From Octopus sinensis (taxonomy: Eukaryota), in contig NC_043000.1 of the NCBI RefSeq assembly GCF_006345805.1, positions 101,246,001 to 101,310,000 on the forward strand: a stretch of DNA of 64,000 nt, written 5' to 3'. This document shows positions 23,591 through 37,545 of this stretch, in pieces (the first letter of the stretch is position 1; every line of letters begins with the position of its first letter). The notes under the pieces are model-generated. The model was not told where the DNA came from. It worked only from the letters and a program-made list of their open reading frames with translations, and did not search any database. The translations under genes and the position numbers were made by a program.

Positions 23591-25024
23591 TCGAAAAACC
23601 GATATGACTGAAAGAATTTCGAAAGGGCTTTTATTTTTAGGCTGAGATCAAACAGTTGAATCCATCCAACCATTCCGTCAGTCTTTAGCAACATCAACTT
23701 CAAAGAACTTGAGAGAGGTGTCAGACTGAGAGAGGACAAGAACCTTCACACATTTTCAGCATTGCAAGATTTTGGAGTTATTTTTGTCAGAATAGAGCTG
23801 TCTTCAAGAATCCAAGTAATGCTATGTATTGAAGAGTAGCCGTAGATGCCGGTCATGTTGTTGTTCTTGTTGTTTGCTTCTACTGTTGTTGTTGTTACAT
23901 ACTTTTTATTTTGATGGTACTTTGCTTCAGAAGTTGGTTAGTCATATATTCCCTTGGGAATTTTAAGCCCAGCTTCATCACTTTTATTTATTTACTTTTG
24001 TTTTTGTTTTGAAATGAAATCTATCTTCAAGCATCTTATACAGATAATTTTTTAGACACTATTTTCTGAAACTAGTAAAATTATGTAGGGGGTGTAAATT
24101 TTGATCTTGCACCACCTGAAAATTCCAAGGGATGCAGGTGCACCCGCTGTCCCCCCTGTTCTTGCGCCCTTGCCAGCATGGGTGTTTTTTAAGTGGCACT
24201 GGTACAGGAGATTAGTGGGAGGTAATCAGAGAATAAGAGTTGTGGGGTGCATTGAGAAGGAGAAGATTTAGAACTCTTCTACATTATATATTAATGAGTA
24301 GAGTGATGCTTGAATGGAGATATAGAATGATGATGAATCAGATATGTATAACATATCTAAGAAGGTATGGTAACAAAACAATCAAGAGGTATGTGCAAAG
24401 GTTGTCAGTGCACAATCACTTCCCCACTGAAGCATTATAATTCAAGAGGTTTGCAGGATATAGATAGTGGAGATTAGGATATATCAAACATTATGAATGA
24501 ATAATTTTTAATGTGTATTAAAGAAAACTTTGTGTTTCTTACCTAAACTATGAAACTTTGATAAGTTGCAGATAAATGCTAACAGTTGTATTTGATTACA
24601 CTTGGGGATGTCACCAAATGCATTTGTTAGCATTTGTCTATAATTTTTCAGTGTCATACAAACACACACACACACACAGAGGCACACACTCACAAGCAAG
24701 TATACATGAACACCCAGATATGCACCAAGTCAGAGTTGTCCCTCTTGCCGATAATGCCTAAAGCAACCTCTCCACTACTTCCAGTCTTTCACCATGCAGT
24801 GACAGTTGGATACACATGCTTTTGTATTTCTTAACTTTTCCTTCCTCATTCTTTTCTTCCTGTTTCTATCCTATCTTTCATAAGAAGAGTATATTACACA
24901 AAAATCTTTAAAATATTTCCTATTTTTCACCCATTTCCTGAATATCAGACTAATACCAACAATATGTTTATTTATTTTTTTTTACCTCATCTTTGAATTA
25001 TATTCATCACCTCTGTGTGTCCTT

Positions 25025-25060
<36 letters not shown>

Positions 25061-25379
25061 ACACATACATTCACATATGCACAAGCATATATATTTACGT
25101 AATTTTTCCAGTTCTGTTAGAGATATCCTGTTATCCATTGGCATTGCTGCTACATCTATCAATAGGCATTGTTTTGTTCAATGGCCTTTGATAATAATAT
25201 CTGGATGGTTTTTCTTTTATTTTCCTGTCAATGAGAGCTTGTATATACTAGGATATTGATATGTGGACACTTTCTGAAGCTTCTACAGGTTTGTATTTAT
25301 ATAACCTGTATTTTTTAAGGGTTTTACAATACCAATAGGATTTTCAATATATTTCATCTCTCAGTTTGGTCTTACTTAC

Positions 25380-25690
25380 ATGTGCGCATGCACACACACA
25401 CACACACAAACACACACACATACATGTATGCACACACACTACATGTGCGCAAACACACACACACACACAAACACACACACATACATGTATGCACACACTA
25501 CATGTGCACAAACACACACACACACACATACATGTATGCGCACACACTACATGTGCGCAAACACACACACATACATGTATGTACACACACACAAACACAC
25601 ACACATACATGTATACACACACACTACATGTGCGCAAACACACACACACAAACACATATGTATGCACACACACACACACACACTACTTGT
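25380..25690. repeat. Compound (CA)n microsatellite with ~55-bp higher-order unit
   Basis: Recurring acatacatgtatgcacacac..ctacatgtgcgcaaac. Confidence 0.85.
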
Positions 25691-26190
25691 TCAAAACTAC
25701 ATATTTAACACCAAAACACTCTCTACAGCTACTTTTCAATTCCATCATATGAGTCCAAATGCATTCCTACTTGGGTGGAGGCTCTCCCTCGGCAGAGTTT
25801 GGAACTCTGAGATTCTGAGACAAAGTTGAATTCCTTCTTAATGCACAAACATTCAAGTTTTGTAAGGCACTAGTAATGCTAGAAACATTTTCTTGCCATT
25901 AATTTAGTACATTATTGGAATTTTTAGTTCAGTTTTGTTTCCAATGCATTACCTTGTTGTCTTCTTGTTGTCTTCTTGTAGCTTCTTCTCTTCATTAATG
26001 TCTGTAACCTCTGCTGATGTTTTATTCCTTTTGGCTTCCTTGAAGACGGAAAAAGAACTTCTTTTGTTTGTGTTTGTCAAATATTCCTATTAGCTTGCTT
26101 TTATTTTCAATTATCTATTTTTTTTAAAATCCTAGACTTTTATGATATTCAACAGCATCGATAGTAATATTGTTGTCATAGCTATTAATA

Positions 26191-26221
<31 letters not shown>

Positions 26222-26339
26222 TGATTTTTTTTTTTAATATTCTATCACTGTTATTATTAACATTAGCAGTATTATTTTAATTATCATTTCAAGAGGACGC
26301 AAGTGCAATATTTTAAATGAAATAATTTTGATTTTTATT

Positions 26340-26600
26340 TATTAATTTTCAACAAGTATTCTGTAGAAGTTTGTGAAGCAGTAATTGATTTATTTCTAGT
26401 GAATTCTTGTATGTTTTGTGTTTATTTCTGAGGTAGTTCCAAGTTAATGGTTTGTCTGTGATTTCTCAATGCTTTCAAGTTCTTTTGAAACACTGGTTTC
26501 TATTCAGTTTTGGAAAGGATTAAACTTTTGCTGATAATTATACATATTTCCTTGGGTTCTTCCTGTTTGCTCGTTATGTAATAGAAGCCGTGAAATATTT
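26340..26600 (-). mobile_element. Degenerate Penelope-like GIY-YIG endonuclease remnant
   Basis: Minus strand tacataacgagcaaacaggaagaacc (YI..QTGRT-like) followed by a segment resembling SK..W.LK....I.W; frameshifted. Confidence 0.45.
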
Positions 26601-27005
26601 TTAATGTGAAATATGCTTGATTAGCTATAATTTAAGGGTATATGCTTAGAAGTAAGTACTTATACATGCGCATATTTGTATGTATACATAAATATATTAT
26701 TTTTATTGTTTACTCATTTCGTTTGTACCAGATTAAGAGCTGTTTGCTTACAAAGTAATGAGGCTCTTTTATTGGAATTTCTGCACTGTTAAGCATCTGT
26801 GTTCATGCTTATATGCATGTTCACTTAATTATATGTATTACCTGTAGGTTTAAATGGATAAATTTTCAAATACCCTACAGTAATTCTTTCTATTGATTGA
26901 ACTTTTACTTTCATTTTCTTATTCCCATTTGCATATTACAACATTACAGCCAGTGATTATAACAAAGTAGTAAATATTTTCATTATGTTCATGTCCAAAT
27001 TGCAG

Positions 27006-27062
27006 ATTAACTCTGAAGCCTCAAGCAATCCAGATGCTGGAAACAGCCCTGGGTCTGCAATG
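27006..27062 (+). CDS. Weak candidate exon (INSEASSNPDAGNSPGSAM)
   Basis: ttgcag| ... atg|gtatta; 57 nt, phase-compatible with the 21152 exon; locally GC-richer than the flanks. Confidence 0.25.
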
Positions 27063-27862
27063 GTATTAGAAGATTCAAAAGTTTTAAGCATTACTGATGT
27101 ACATCAATTAATAGCTGTCCAATTCACCCTGACCCAAACACTGTTGTTTCTTTTTATCATTATATTGTGTCTTTATCAAATCTTCCTACCTTATATATGC
27201 AATCTCATGTAATCTTGCTGTTATTTCACAAACCATTTAAAGAATCATAGGAATCTGGTAATGAGCAAAAGTAATATTTCAACAGAAATATTAATTTGCT
27301 CAACATGTGACTCATCATTTGGATCATTTCATAAGCACAGAAATATGATTGCACATTGTCAGTGCTTTGCTGTGGTGTCTCTGATTTAATCAAATCTTAC
27401 CTGATACCTGTCAGAAATTTTCTCTGGATTATACAGGCATGGTTATTCACTTAAGATGTTTGCTTCTTCTGTGTCTGTGTTTGTGTTTCCTTATCTTGGT
27501 ATCACACAACAGACATGCATGAGTATCACTGTCATACAAGTGGTGTCCCTAGTATAATAATGGTTTTCATCTCAGTAATACAAAATAAAATACCGAAATT
27601 TATATAGCAAAGAACTAGAGGTCTTGTGTGTCAGCACTGCAGTGCCAGTATGGTTTCTGAGAGAGGTGCAGGCATGGCTTTGTGGTTAAAAAGTTTGCTT
27701 CCCAACCATATGATTTGGGGTTCAGTCTCACTGCATGACACTTTGGGCAAGTGTCTTCTACAATAGACCCAGGTTGAGCAAGGCCTTGTGACTGGCAGTG
27801 GTAGATGGAAGCTGAAAGAATCTTACTTTATATATGTATGTGTGTGTGTATAGATATAGATA

Positions 27863-27909
<47 letters not shown>

Positions 27910-28290
27910 TCTTTTACTTTTTTCAGTCATGTGACTGTACCTTTAGTCGAGCAAATCGACCCCAGGACTTATTCTTTGTAAGCCTAGTACTTATTCTATC
28001 GGTCTCTTTTTTGCCGAACCACTAAGTTACGGGGACGTAAACACACCAGCATCGGTTGTCAAGCGATGTTGGGGGGACAAACAGACACACAAACACATAC
28101 ACACACATACATATATACATACATACGACGGGCTTCTTTCAGTTTCTGTCTACCAAATCCACTCACAAGGCTTTGGTCAGCCCGAAGCTATAGTAGAAGA
28201 CACTTGCCCAAGGTGCCACACAGTGGGACTGAACCCAGAACCATGTGGTTGGTAAACAAGCTACTTACCACACAGCCACTCCTACGCCGA
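27910..28290 (-). mobile_element. SINE family B, full-length and CpG-retaining (young)
   Basis: Reverse complement of the family B head and tail. An inverted partial + copy lies at 27666-27830; other - copies near 29050, 34540, 37010 and 44990, + copies near 38015 and 50890. Confidence 0.85.
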
Positions 28291-28399
28291 GGAATGTGTA
28301 TATATATATATAATATATATATATATATGTATACATACACACACATATGCACAAATATTTGTATGTGTATGTATGTATGTATGTATGTATGTATGTATG

Positions 28400-28474
<75 letters not shown>

Positions 28475-29569
28475 GACTGTGTATTTGTGACTCTTTGTCT
28501 TGATATTGGTTTCAGATTTTGGTAGAAGGCCAGCAATTTCATGTGAGTGGATAAGTCGATTACATCGACCCTGCCCACCCCTCTGCTCAACTGGTACTTA
28601 TTTTATCGATCCCGAGAGAATTAAAAGTAAAGTAAACCTCAGCAGAATTTAAACTCAGACCATAAAGATGGATGAATTACTGCTAATTATTTTGGCCTGT
28701 GTGCTAGCGATTTTTGCCAGCTCATTACCTTTGTAAGTAATGGTTGTAAAGTAGCATCACCATTGTTTATTTCCAGCCATCTGTTAAAGCATGCCTAGCC
28801 AAAGGAACTATTAGCTTGCATGGAAAAATACATGCTAAAATAATAATAATAATGATGATGATGATGATGAGGGGGATGATGATGATGATGTGCTCACACC
28901 ATTTTCAAGCCTCCATTTCTATAATGCCACTTGTCATTCCCTTGCTTCTTGGTCAAAGCATAATGTTACCAGATTTCCAGAAAGTCTTCCCAGTTTATCT
29001 TTCCAATGGATTTTGGTCCTTATTCTATGTATTGGAATCTAAAATGTTACCTTTCTTTTATATTTCATTTGTTTCAGACATTAGATTGTGGCCATGCTGG
29101 GGCACCACCTTGAAGAATTTTAGCCAAGGGAATCGACCCCCCCCCCCGCCCAGTACTTTTACTTATATTTTTTTCAAGCCTGATACCTATTCTATTGATC
29201 TCTTTTGCCAAACCATTAAGTTGTAGGGATGTAAACTTACAAACACCAGTTTTTAAGTGCTGGTGGTAATGGAGGGGACAAACACAGACAATGACACACA
29301 TGCATAGATATATAGATATATAGGATGAGCTTCTTTCAGTTTCCATTCACCAAATCCTCTCATAAGGCTTCTCATGATTTCCATCATTAGACAGTAGCCA
29401 TCCTGGAGTAAGAGCACTTTTAGATGCTTAGCTGATCATATTGATCTCAGTACTGGTCTGGTATTTAGTGTATCAATCTCCATTTGTTGACCAGCTAAGT
29501 TACAGGACAGCAAAGGACAAAACATAAGCACAACAACAGTCCTTTTTTTAACTGGTGTAAACATTTACT

Positions 29570-30250
29570 TACACACACACATATACTCACATACACCTAT
29601 ACATGCACACACACACATATTTGCATGCACAAGCACACATAAATACACAGAAACATATTCAAACATACACACATGAATATACACAGACACAGGCATGCTC
29701 ACATTTGCACACAAAACAAAAACATCCACCCAGACACACAGAAAGAGACACACATGTACATATACACAAGCAAGTATGCATGCATACAAGAACACACACA
29801 CACAAATATGCACACATACAAAAGCACATATAAGCATGCACACTCACAAGCATACACACACACACAGGCATGCAGAACACACACCAGCTTTCACACACAT
29901 ACATGTGCATGCACACACACAAGCATGCATGTTCACAAGCACATACAAGCATGCTCACACACATGTACATACACACAAGCATACACACACACACACACAC
30001 ACACATTCACATATACACACAGAGGCATGCAGAACACACACCAGCATTCACACACATACACGTGCATGCACAAACACAAGCACATACACACAAGCATACA
30101 CACACACAAGCTCATACACACAAGCATGAATTCACAAGTACATACACACAAGCATACATACACACACAGAAGCATGTAGAACATACACCAGCATTCACAC
30201 ACATACATCTGCATGCATACACACAAGCATGCACACACACACACACACAC
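29570..30250. repeat. Compound CA-rich low-complexity field
   Basis: gcatgcagaacacacaccagc(a/t)ttcacacac recurs three times; source of many spurious HT/CV ORFs. Confidence 0.85.
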
Positions 30251-30599
30251 AAACAAATCCATTGGGCTTCTGCTTAGCATCTGTTTATCAAAATTCACTC
30301 ACAAGTTACTAATGAACCCAAGGCTACAAGTACAGAACATGTTCCTAAAGTACTGCACAGTGGGACCAAATTTAGAACCATGTAGTTTCAAAGTGAACTT
30401 ATTTACCGCACAGCTTGCCTTTACCTATCTCCCACCCTCCTTTTTAGCACTCCATGCATTAAATCTCTGTCAACACTTATGTATATACCTCTGTCAACAC
30501 TTATGTATATACTGTTTATCATGCTGGTAACATTTCTAAATTATGTAATCTCCGAACAGTTCTATTTTCATCTTCTAATAAATATTGATCTTGTATATT

Positions 30600-31660
30600 T
30601 ACTTGGTTATTTATTCATCATGGCTATGATGAGCATAGCCAAGCCTATGTGTCACTGAAGATGTTGAAATAATCTTAAAACATGTCTTAGCTTGTCTCCC
30701 TTGTTTGCCAGAAAAATAATATGGAAACTATATTGGTTATTTTGATTACCATTTGGCTTCTTTGCCCAACCTCCCCTATGGTCATGACTGAAAAAGTATG
30801 ATCTCAGATACCAGTGGCCGAGTGGCCAAAATGGAGTTCTTCCAAAGGTTTTCTGGATTAATGTAACATTACTAGACAGGGGACATTGGCAAGAGATTAA
30901 AAAGTCTCTACAGGTCAAGATGCTACTTCTCTGCATTGAGAAGTTGTGGCTTTAATACTACAGACATCATCATCATCATCATCATCATTCTTTAACATCC
31001 GCTTTCCATGCTGGCATGGATGGTTTGACTTGGATTGGCCAACTGGGAGCCGTCCAGACTCCTACTGTCTGTTGTGGCATGGTTTCTACTGCTGGATACC
31101 CTTCCTAATGCCAACCACTTAAAAGAGTGTGCTGGGTGCTTTTTACATGCCACCTGCATGGGTGCATTTATGCAACACCAGCACAGGTTTGTATTCATGG
31201 CACTAACATGGGTGCATTTACACAGCACTAGTACAGGTGATTTTTTGTGGCACCGGCACCTGAAAGAACAATGTATGTGTGGAAGACAATGATTTTACTT
31301 AGCTTGACACGTCTTATCAAAAACAGCAAACTGCCACATTTCCCGATCCTTTGTCACTTCCTCAGTGAGGCCAAGCGTCTGATGATCCTTTCCCACCACT
31401 TCATCTATGTAAGTGGAATATTGTTGGAAAGAATTGCAAGACAAATTCTTCAAGCTGAGCCAACCAGCAGAGCTCTAGGGTAGACCAAGAACTGGAAGGT
31501 TGGATAATATCTATAATAACAGTTGGTCACTCTTGGGAATTTATCTGGAAAATGTAATGACAATCCTTCTGACAGGACCCTATGAAAGAGGTGTCTTAGG
31601 ACTCTACACCTACGACTTTCCCTGGAATAGTGGGCTTAGAAGAATGGCAGATGACTGCTA
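30600..31660 (+). mobile_element. RTE-clade LINE 3' region interrupted by a family C element (30968-31408, -)
   Basis: Removing the insert restores ..YYRH|VSGILLERIARQILQAEPTSR..; upstream remnants resemble LLYGH..MTEKV..EIKKSLQV. Confidence 0.8.
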
Positions 31661-31721
31661 ATATTTAATTTCCCATTTCGTTTATTTCTAGTCAGATTTT
31701 TAATGATGTTTTGCTTTTACG

Positions 31722-32088
31722 TTTTAGCATTCAGGTTACCTAGAAAATGGTTAGTGATATTTTGTCTGCCACTACTTTCTGAGTTCAAATTCCACTGAAG
31801 TCGACTTTGACTTTCATCCTTTCAAGGTCGATAAATTAAGTATCTGTTCAGTACTGGAGTCAATGTAATCGACTATCCCCACCCCCAAATCTCAGGCCTT
31901 GTGCCTATAGTAGAAAAGATTATTTTGAATTAATTATGCCTTACATTATAGCTTCAAGATTTCAATGACATGAGATTTACTTTTACTATGATATTGTAGG
32001 GTAGGTGTGAGGGGCAGGATCTGGCCAATTTGAACACAAAACAGGTAGAATATTTGGGTTGGATGTGACCAGTTTGAGTACTAAGGGG
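31722..32088. mobile_element. piggyBac-type MITE (family 2) carrying a SINE A insertion (31745-31920)
   Basis: Left ttttagcattcag, right end ctaaggggTTAA; body matches the copies at 56039 and 56728. Confidence 0.7.
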
Positions 32089-32379
32089 TTAAATTTACTA
32101 GCATTAACTTATAAAAAGTTATCTGGATGAGTGTGGTATCCTATAGGTGCAACATCTCTGTCTAGTATGTCTTTTCATTTTTGACACAGTAAGATGTTAT
32201 TCGAAAGAGGCTTGGTTTCTATTTCTAGTTGGTTCACAAATGACCACAAAGTATCTATGTTACTCCATCAGAAGAGCTATATGTCTATTCGATCTGCTGG
32301 TGTATATTCATTCCTGTACAATCTTTATTCTTCCCAATTTAATGACACTGCTGAGAGACTGACGCTCCAGAACTGTTTA

Positions 32380-33350
32380 TTGCAAACCCCTAAGCTGTTC
32401 TCACACACTGCCCCAATTCTTTTATCACTGCATCAACACTCCGTTCTTGAAACTTCTTGGTTTGTTTTACTTTATGCAGATGATGTCTATTATAACACAA
32501 CATACAGCAGTTTCTTTTGAATTGTATGGCAATTCAGCTTTTCTTTCTTTGATGTTCTTTCATAACGATTTTCATTTCACTCAAAAACTTTAAACTTTTC
32601 TTTTAAGAGCTGTTTGGGAAATGCAGCAGTTTTAATACATATCAGTTTTTATTCCATGCCAACACTCTGCACCATAAAAAGTACTGATGTATTATTGATA
32701 GCAAAATATGAATTATATTTTGATATATATTGATTTTGATTTCCATCTGTTGCTTAGTTGTCTAAAGACATTTCTTGCTTTTGAAAATCTGGTTGTTATG
32801 TCAACATTCATTATTATATCTATGCTCATCACACTACCCAGGTAAATAAATAATTCTGTCCTGTTTATATTACATTTTCAATTTGTAGCTCTCACAGGAG
32901 TAATTAGAATTTTTCTTGTTATCATATTTGTCATTTCTTCCAATCCACTAATAGTTTTGAAGCCAATCTGACTTGAATATTTTACCAACTTGTCTTTTAT
33001 GGAACTCTTATTGTTGTTTTGATAACAGAAGCCCTAGATTGTCTGAAAATATATATATATTCATTTATTCAAGTGTTTTCTTTTATGATTACATTACTCT
33101 GCAATAAGAAGAAGATAAAGTCCTGTTAGATACAAGCTGTTTTTTTTAAATCGACCTACAATTTTGCCACAGTATCACACAGCCTGTAAAAGTACTTGTA
33201 GTAAAATACCATTATATTTAATGCTGTGGAAGTCACTTGCTGGGGTGACTTTAAGACTGAAACTTTTAGAATACAATAACCAACTGATAAGAATATCTTG
33301 AGCATTTTTGCAACTCACTAACTTTGATAACAATAACTGCTTGGCAATAT
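32380..33350 (-). mobile_element. Degenerate RTE-type reverse transcriptase remnant
   Basis: Minus strand FIYLGSVMS, NVDITTRFSKARNVFRQLS and FYGAECW motifs, with stops. Confidence 0.7.
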
Positions 33351-34924
33351 GTGACTGTAAGGTGGGCAAGCTGGCAGAATTGTTAGCATGCTGGACAAAA
33401 GGCTTAGCAGCATTTCATTTGTCTTTATGCTCTGAGTTCAAATGCTGCTGAAGTCAACTTTGCTTTACATCCTTTCAGGAGTTGATAAAATAAATATCAG
33501 TTGAGTACAGGGGTTTATGTAATTGACTAGCCCCATCTTTCACACTTGCTGGCCTTGTGCTAAAATTTGAAACCAGTATCATCTGTGATTTCTGCTGTAA
33601 TTTAATTGGGAAATTTGTAAGCCATCAGAATATTGATGACTTCTTGGTTATCTGTGTTCATTAAGACGACTTTTCATTGGATTTTACTGGAATAAAATCC
33701 CTTTATGTCAATATTACAATCATCAGTCAACTTACTATTGTATGCTCTGTGAAGAAGTTACTACTCGCACATAAACTATATCCTTATGTGAAATAAATTA
33801 ATATGTGCTGTAGTGTTACATGTATGTATGTATGTATGTGTGTGTGTATGACACAACTGGACAATAAAGACATTTACAGAAAAAAAAAATGAAAAAGCAG
33901 CATAAACAGATGTGCACTAGTCTAATCCCAGCATCAGTAGTCAATCGGAAATCATCAAAATTTCAGCACTTAAGAAGATAATATAGTCAATTCCAATAAG
34001 GCCTGCAATTCATTAGAAGTGCAATGATATAGACGAGTGTGAAAGAGGAAAACAAATGAAGACTAAGAAAAATAAGATAATGGGGTTGGTAATTGAAAAA
34101 AACAAAATAAAATGAACATTGAATACAAAAAGTCTTTTGATCAAAACAATAATTATAAGAAAAGTTATGAGGACAAGAAAGGTACTAAACAAAATGGACG
34201 GAAGGATATAAATATATATAGTCATATGTCTTAATGATAAAGTACAGAAAAGTTACTAAACAAGATGAAATTACCAAGGAAATAACATATATGGTCTTTT
34301 GATCTAGACGATAATTAAAGGATAGTTGTTCAAGTAACTGATGAAAGTAAAGTCTTGTAGCATTAAAATTTAAACCAAGAGTGATGTATGCAATTTAAAC
34401 TGAAAGAACTGCCTTCTGGGGATTGATTTGTTTGACTAAAACCCTTCAAGGAGGTGCCCCCAACATGGAACAATCTAATGATTGAAACAAAATTAAGAAT
34501 TCATTGGTGCAGTGCATTAAAAATACTCAAATTATACATATATCTTTTATTGTTATCTTTTACTTATTCCACGCTGGGGCACCACCTTGAAGAATTTTTT
34601 TAGTTAAATGAATCAACTTCCTTTTATAAACCTGGTACTTATTTTATTGGTCTCTTTGCTGAGCTGCTAATGTTATGGGTGTGTAAACAGACAAACTCTA
34701 GTTGTCCAGTAGTGTTGGGGGACAAACACATACAAAGACACACACACACGCACAAACACACACACACACACGCACACAAACACACACAACAGGCTTCTTT
34801 CAGTTTCTGTCTACCAAATCTAATCACAAGGCTTTGGTCAGTCAAAGGCTATATTAGAACACACTTACCCAGGGTGCTATCAGTGGGACTGATCTCAAAA
34901 CCATGTAGTTGGGAAAAAGAATTG

Positions 34925-35130
34925 CCATATAGGGAGAATTCACAAAAAAAACCTCAAAAAAGACGAAGACAGGTGGTGTAGACAACAAACAGATGTATTA
35001 GTTTAACACTGGGGAAGTGAAAGGGCCTTTAATGTTTTGAGCCTACGCTCTTCTACAGAAAGGAACACAGAAAAAAAAAACAAGGAGAGAAAATAAAGAA
35101 TGTGTAGTGGCTAGCGATCTTATATATATA
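34925..35130 (-). mobile_element. Penelope-like mini-element with decayed hammerhead (35026-35063)
   Basis: Minus strand ccttt-CTGTAGA-A-GAGC-GTAG-GCTC-AAAAC-ATT-aaagg; stems I and II pair, core has substitutions consistent with CpG decay of CGAAACG. Confidence 0.5.
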
Positions 35131-35845
35131 TCATCAACATCATCATACATCCATTTTTTATGCTGGTATGGGTTGAACAGTTTGACTGTATACTGGTCAG
35201 CTGGAGAGCTGCACCAGGTTCTGATCTGACTTGGCATTGTTTCTACAGCTGGATGCCCTTTCTAACACCAACCACTCCAAGAGTGTAATGGGTGCTTTTT
35301 AAGTGGCACCAGCATGGGTACCATTTACATAACACCAGCATTGGTCATGACTATGATCTCACTTAGCTTGACAAGTCTTTTCAAGTACAGTGTGTTACCA
35401 AAGATCTCGGTCACTTGTCACTGCTTCTACAGCTGGATGCCCTTCCTAACACCAACCATACATATGTGTGTACATATGTATGTATGTGTGTGTATGTATG
35501 TATGTATGTATGTATAGAGTATGGGTGCCAGCTTTGCAACACTGGCATCAGCTATGACTACAATTTCACTTGACTTGACGGGTCTTCTCAGGCATAGTGC
35601 TAGTTATGTGACACTATATATATATATAGGCATGTAAAAAGCACCAACCGATCGTGGCCACTGCCAGCCTCCCCTGGCACCTGTGCCGGTGGAACATAAA
35701 AAGCACTCACTACACTCATGGAGTTAGGAAAGGCATCCAGCTGTAGAAACACTGCCAGACCAGACTGGGGTATGGTGCAGCCTCCCGGCTTCCAAGACCC
35801 CGGTCAAACCATCCAACCTATGCTAGCACGGAAAACAGACATTAA

Positions 35846-35921
<76 letters not shown>

Positions 35922-36379
35922 GTATATAAATCATAGCAACAATTTCTGACTTGCTTTCAAAAGCTTGTGGAACATTTGCAAAGACTACATGTGTGTCACA
36001 AGTGTGCCATAATACAGAGACAGAAAACTTCTTACATCTTGGTTCTACCATAAAAATGATTTGGTGAGATATATATCTCTTGCATTATATTCTATTTATA
36101 TTTTGCTAAATTATGTCTGTGTGTCATTATTAATTGTTGAGGTTTTAACTATAGCCATTAATTGATTATTAATAATGAGAGCAGCAAGTAGAATTAACAA
36201 GAAACAGATGTAATTATAGATACAAACAATATTATTCTTCTAATCTCTTTTGGTATGTTTGACAAAATATAGATACAGATGATGCATTACCCATAGCTTT
36301 TAATTAAATTAATAACAAGACAATGACAAATCTAACTCCTGATAAAAGTAACTAAATTATATCTGTCTGTCTGTTTGTC

Positions 36380-36523
36380 TGTCTGTCTATGTGTGTGTGT
36401 GTATATGTATATGTATACACACATACATATGTATTCACATATATGTATGCATATATGTATGTATGTGTGTATATATATATATATGGATTCATATATGTAT
36501 ATACAGATATGTATGCATATATG

Positions 36524-36563
<40 letters not shown>

Positions 36564-36666
36564 CATTCATATATGTATATGTATATATGTATATGTATGC
36601 ATATATGTATGTATATATATATACATTCATATATGTATATGTATATATGTATATGTATATACATAT

Positions 36667-36710
<44 letters not shown>

Positions 36711-36780
36711 TTCATATATGTATATGTATATACATATATATATGTATGCATATATGTATGTATGTATATATGTATGTATG

Positions 36781-36834
<54 letters not shown>

Positions 36835-36880
36835 TACATATGTGTGTGTGTTTATATGTATCTATATTTATGCATATATG
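36380..36880. repeat. Compound TA/TG microsatellite field
   Basis: Pure simple repeat with a recurring tacattcatatatgtatatg unit. Confidence 0.95.
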
Positions 36881-37424
36881 TAACTAGCACTTCATCAGTT
36901 CTTACAACAAGGGTTCCATTCCAGTTGATTCCAGTTGATCTGATCAATGGAACTGCCAGCTTGTGAAATTAGCATGCAAGTGGCTGAGTACACTCTACAG
37001 ACACACATACACTTTTACTCTTTTACTTGTTTCAGTCATTTGACTGTGACCGTGCTGGAGCACCACCATTTGTTGAGCAAATCGACCCCAGGACTTATTC
37101 TTTGGAAGCCTAGTACTTATTATATCGGTCTCTTTTGCTGAACTGCTAAGTTACGGAGACGTAAACACGCTAGCATGGGTTGTCAAGCGATGTTGGGGGA
37201 ACAAACACAGACACACAAACATACACACACATTGTATATATACATATATACAATGGGCTTCTTTCAGTTTCCGCCTACCAAATCCACTTGCAAGGCTTTG
37301 GTCGTCCTGAGGCTATAGTAGAAGACACCTGCCCAAGGTGCCACGCAGTGGGAATGAACTTGGAACCATGTGGTTGGTAAGCAAGCTACTTACCACACAG
37401 CCACTGCTGCGCCTATAGTAATGG

Positions 37425-37545
37425 AATGCTTATAGCACCTAGGTTTCCCAAGCGGTCACCCATCTAAGTACTAACTAGGCTCAACATTGCTTAACTTCAG
37501 TGATCGGATGAGAACCGGTGCTTTCAACGTGATGTGGCCGTAAGC
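37425..37545 (-). pseudogene. Full-length 5S rRNA pseudogene (orphan copy)
   Basis: Minus strand gcttacggccacatcacgttgaaagcaccggttctcatccgatcactgaagttaagcaatgttgagcctagttagtacttagatgggtgaccgcttgggaaacctaggtgctataagcatt. Box A and box C recognisable, changes consistent with CpG decay, no T4 terminator. Confidence 0.92.

Noticed and set aside
25953-26086. Minus-strand exon candidate EYLTNTNKRSS...LQEDNKKTT with a gtaatg donor
   Set aside because: The acceptor lacks a pyrimidine tract, composition is low-complexity A-rich, and no partner exon was found.
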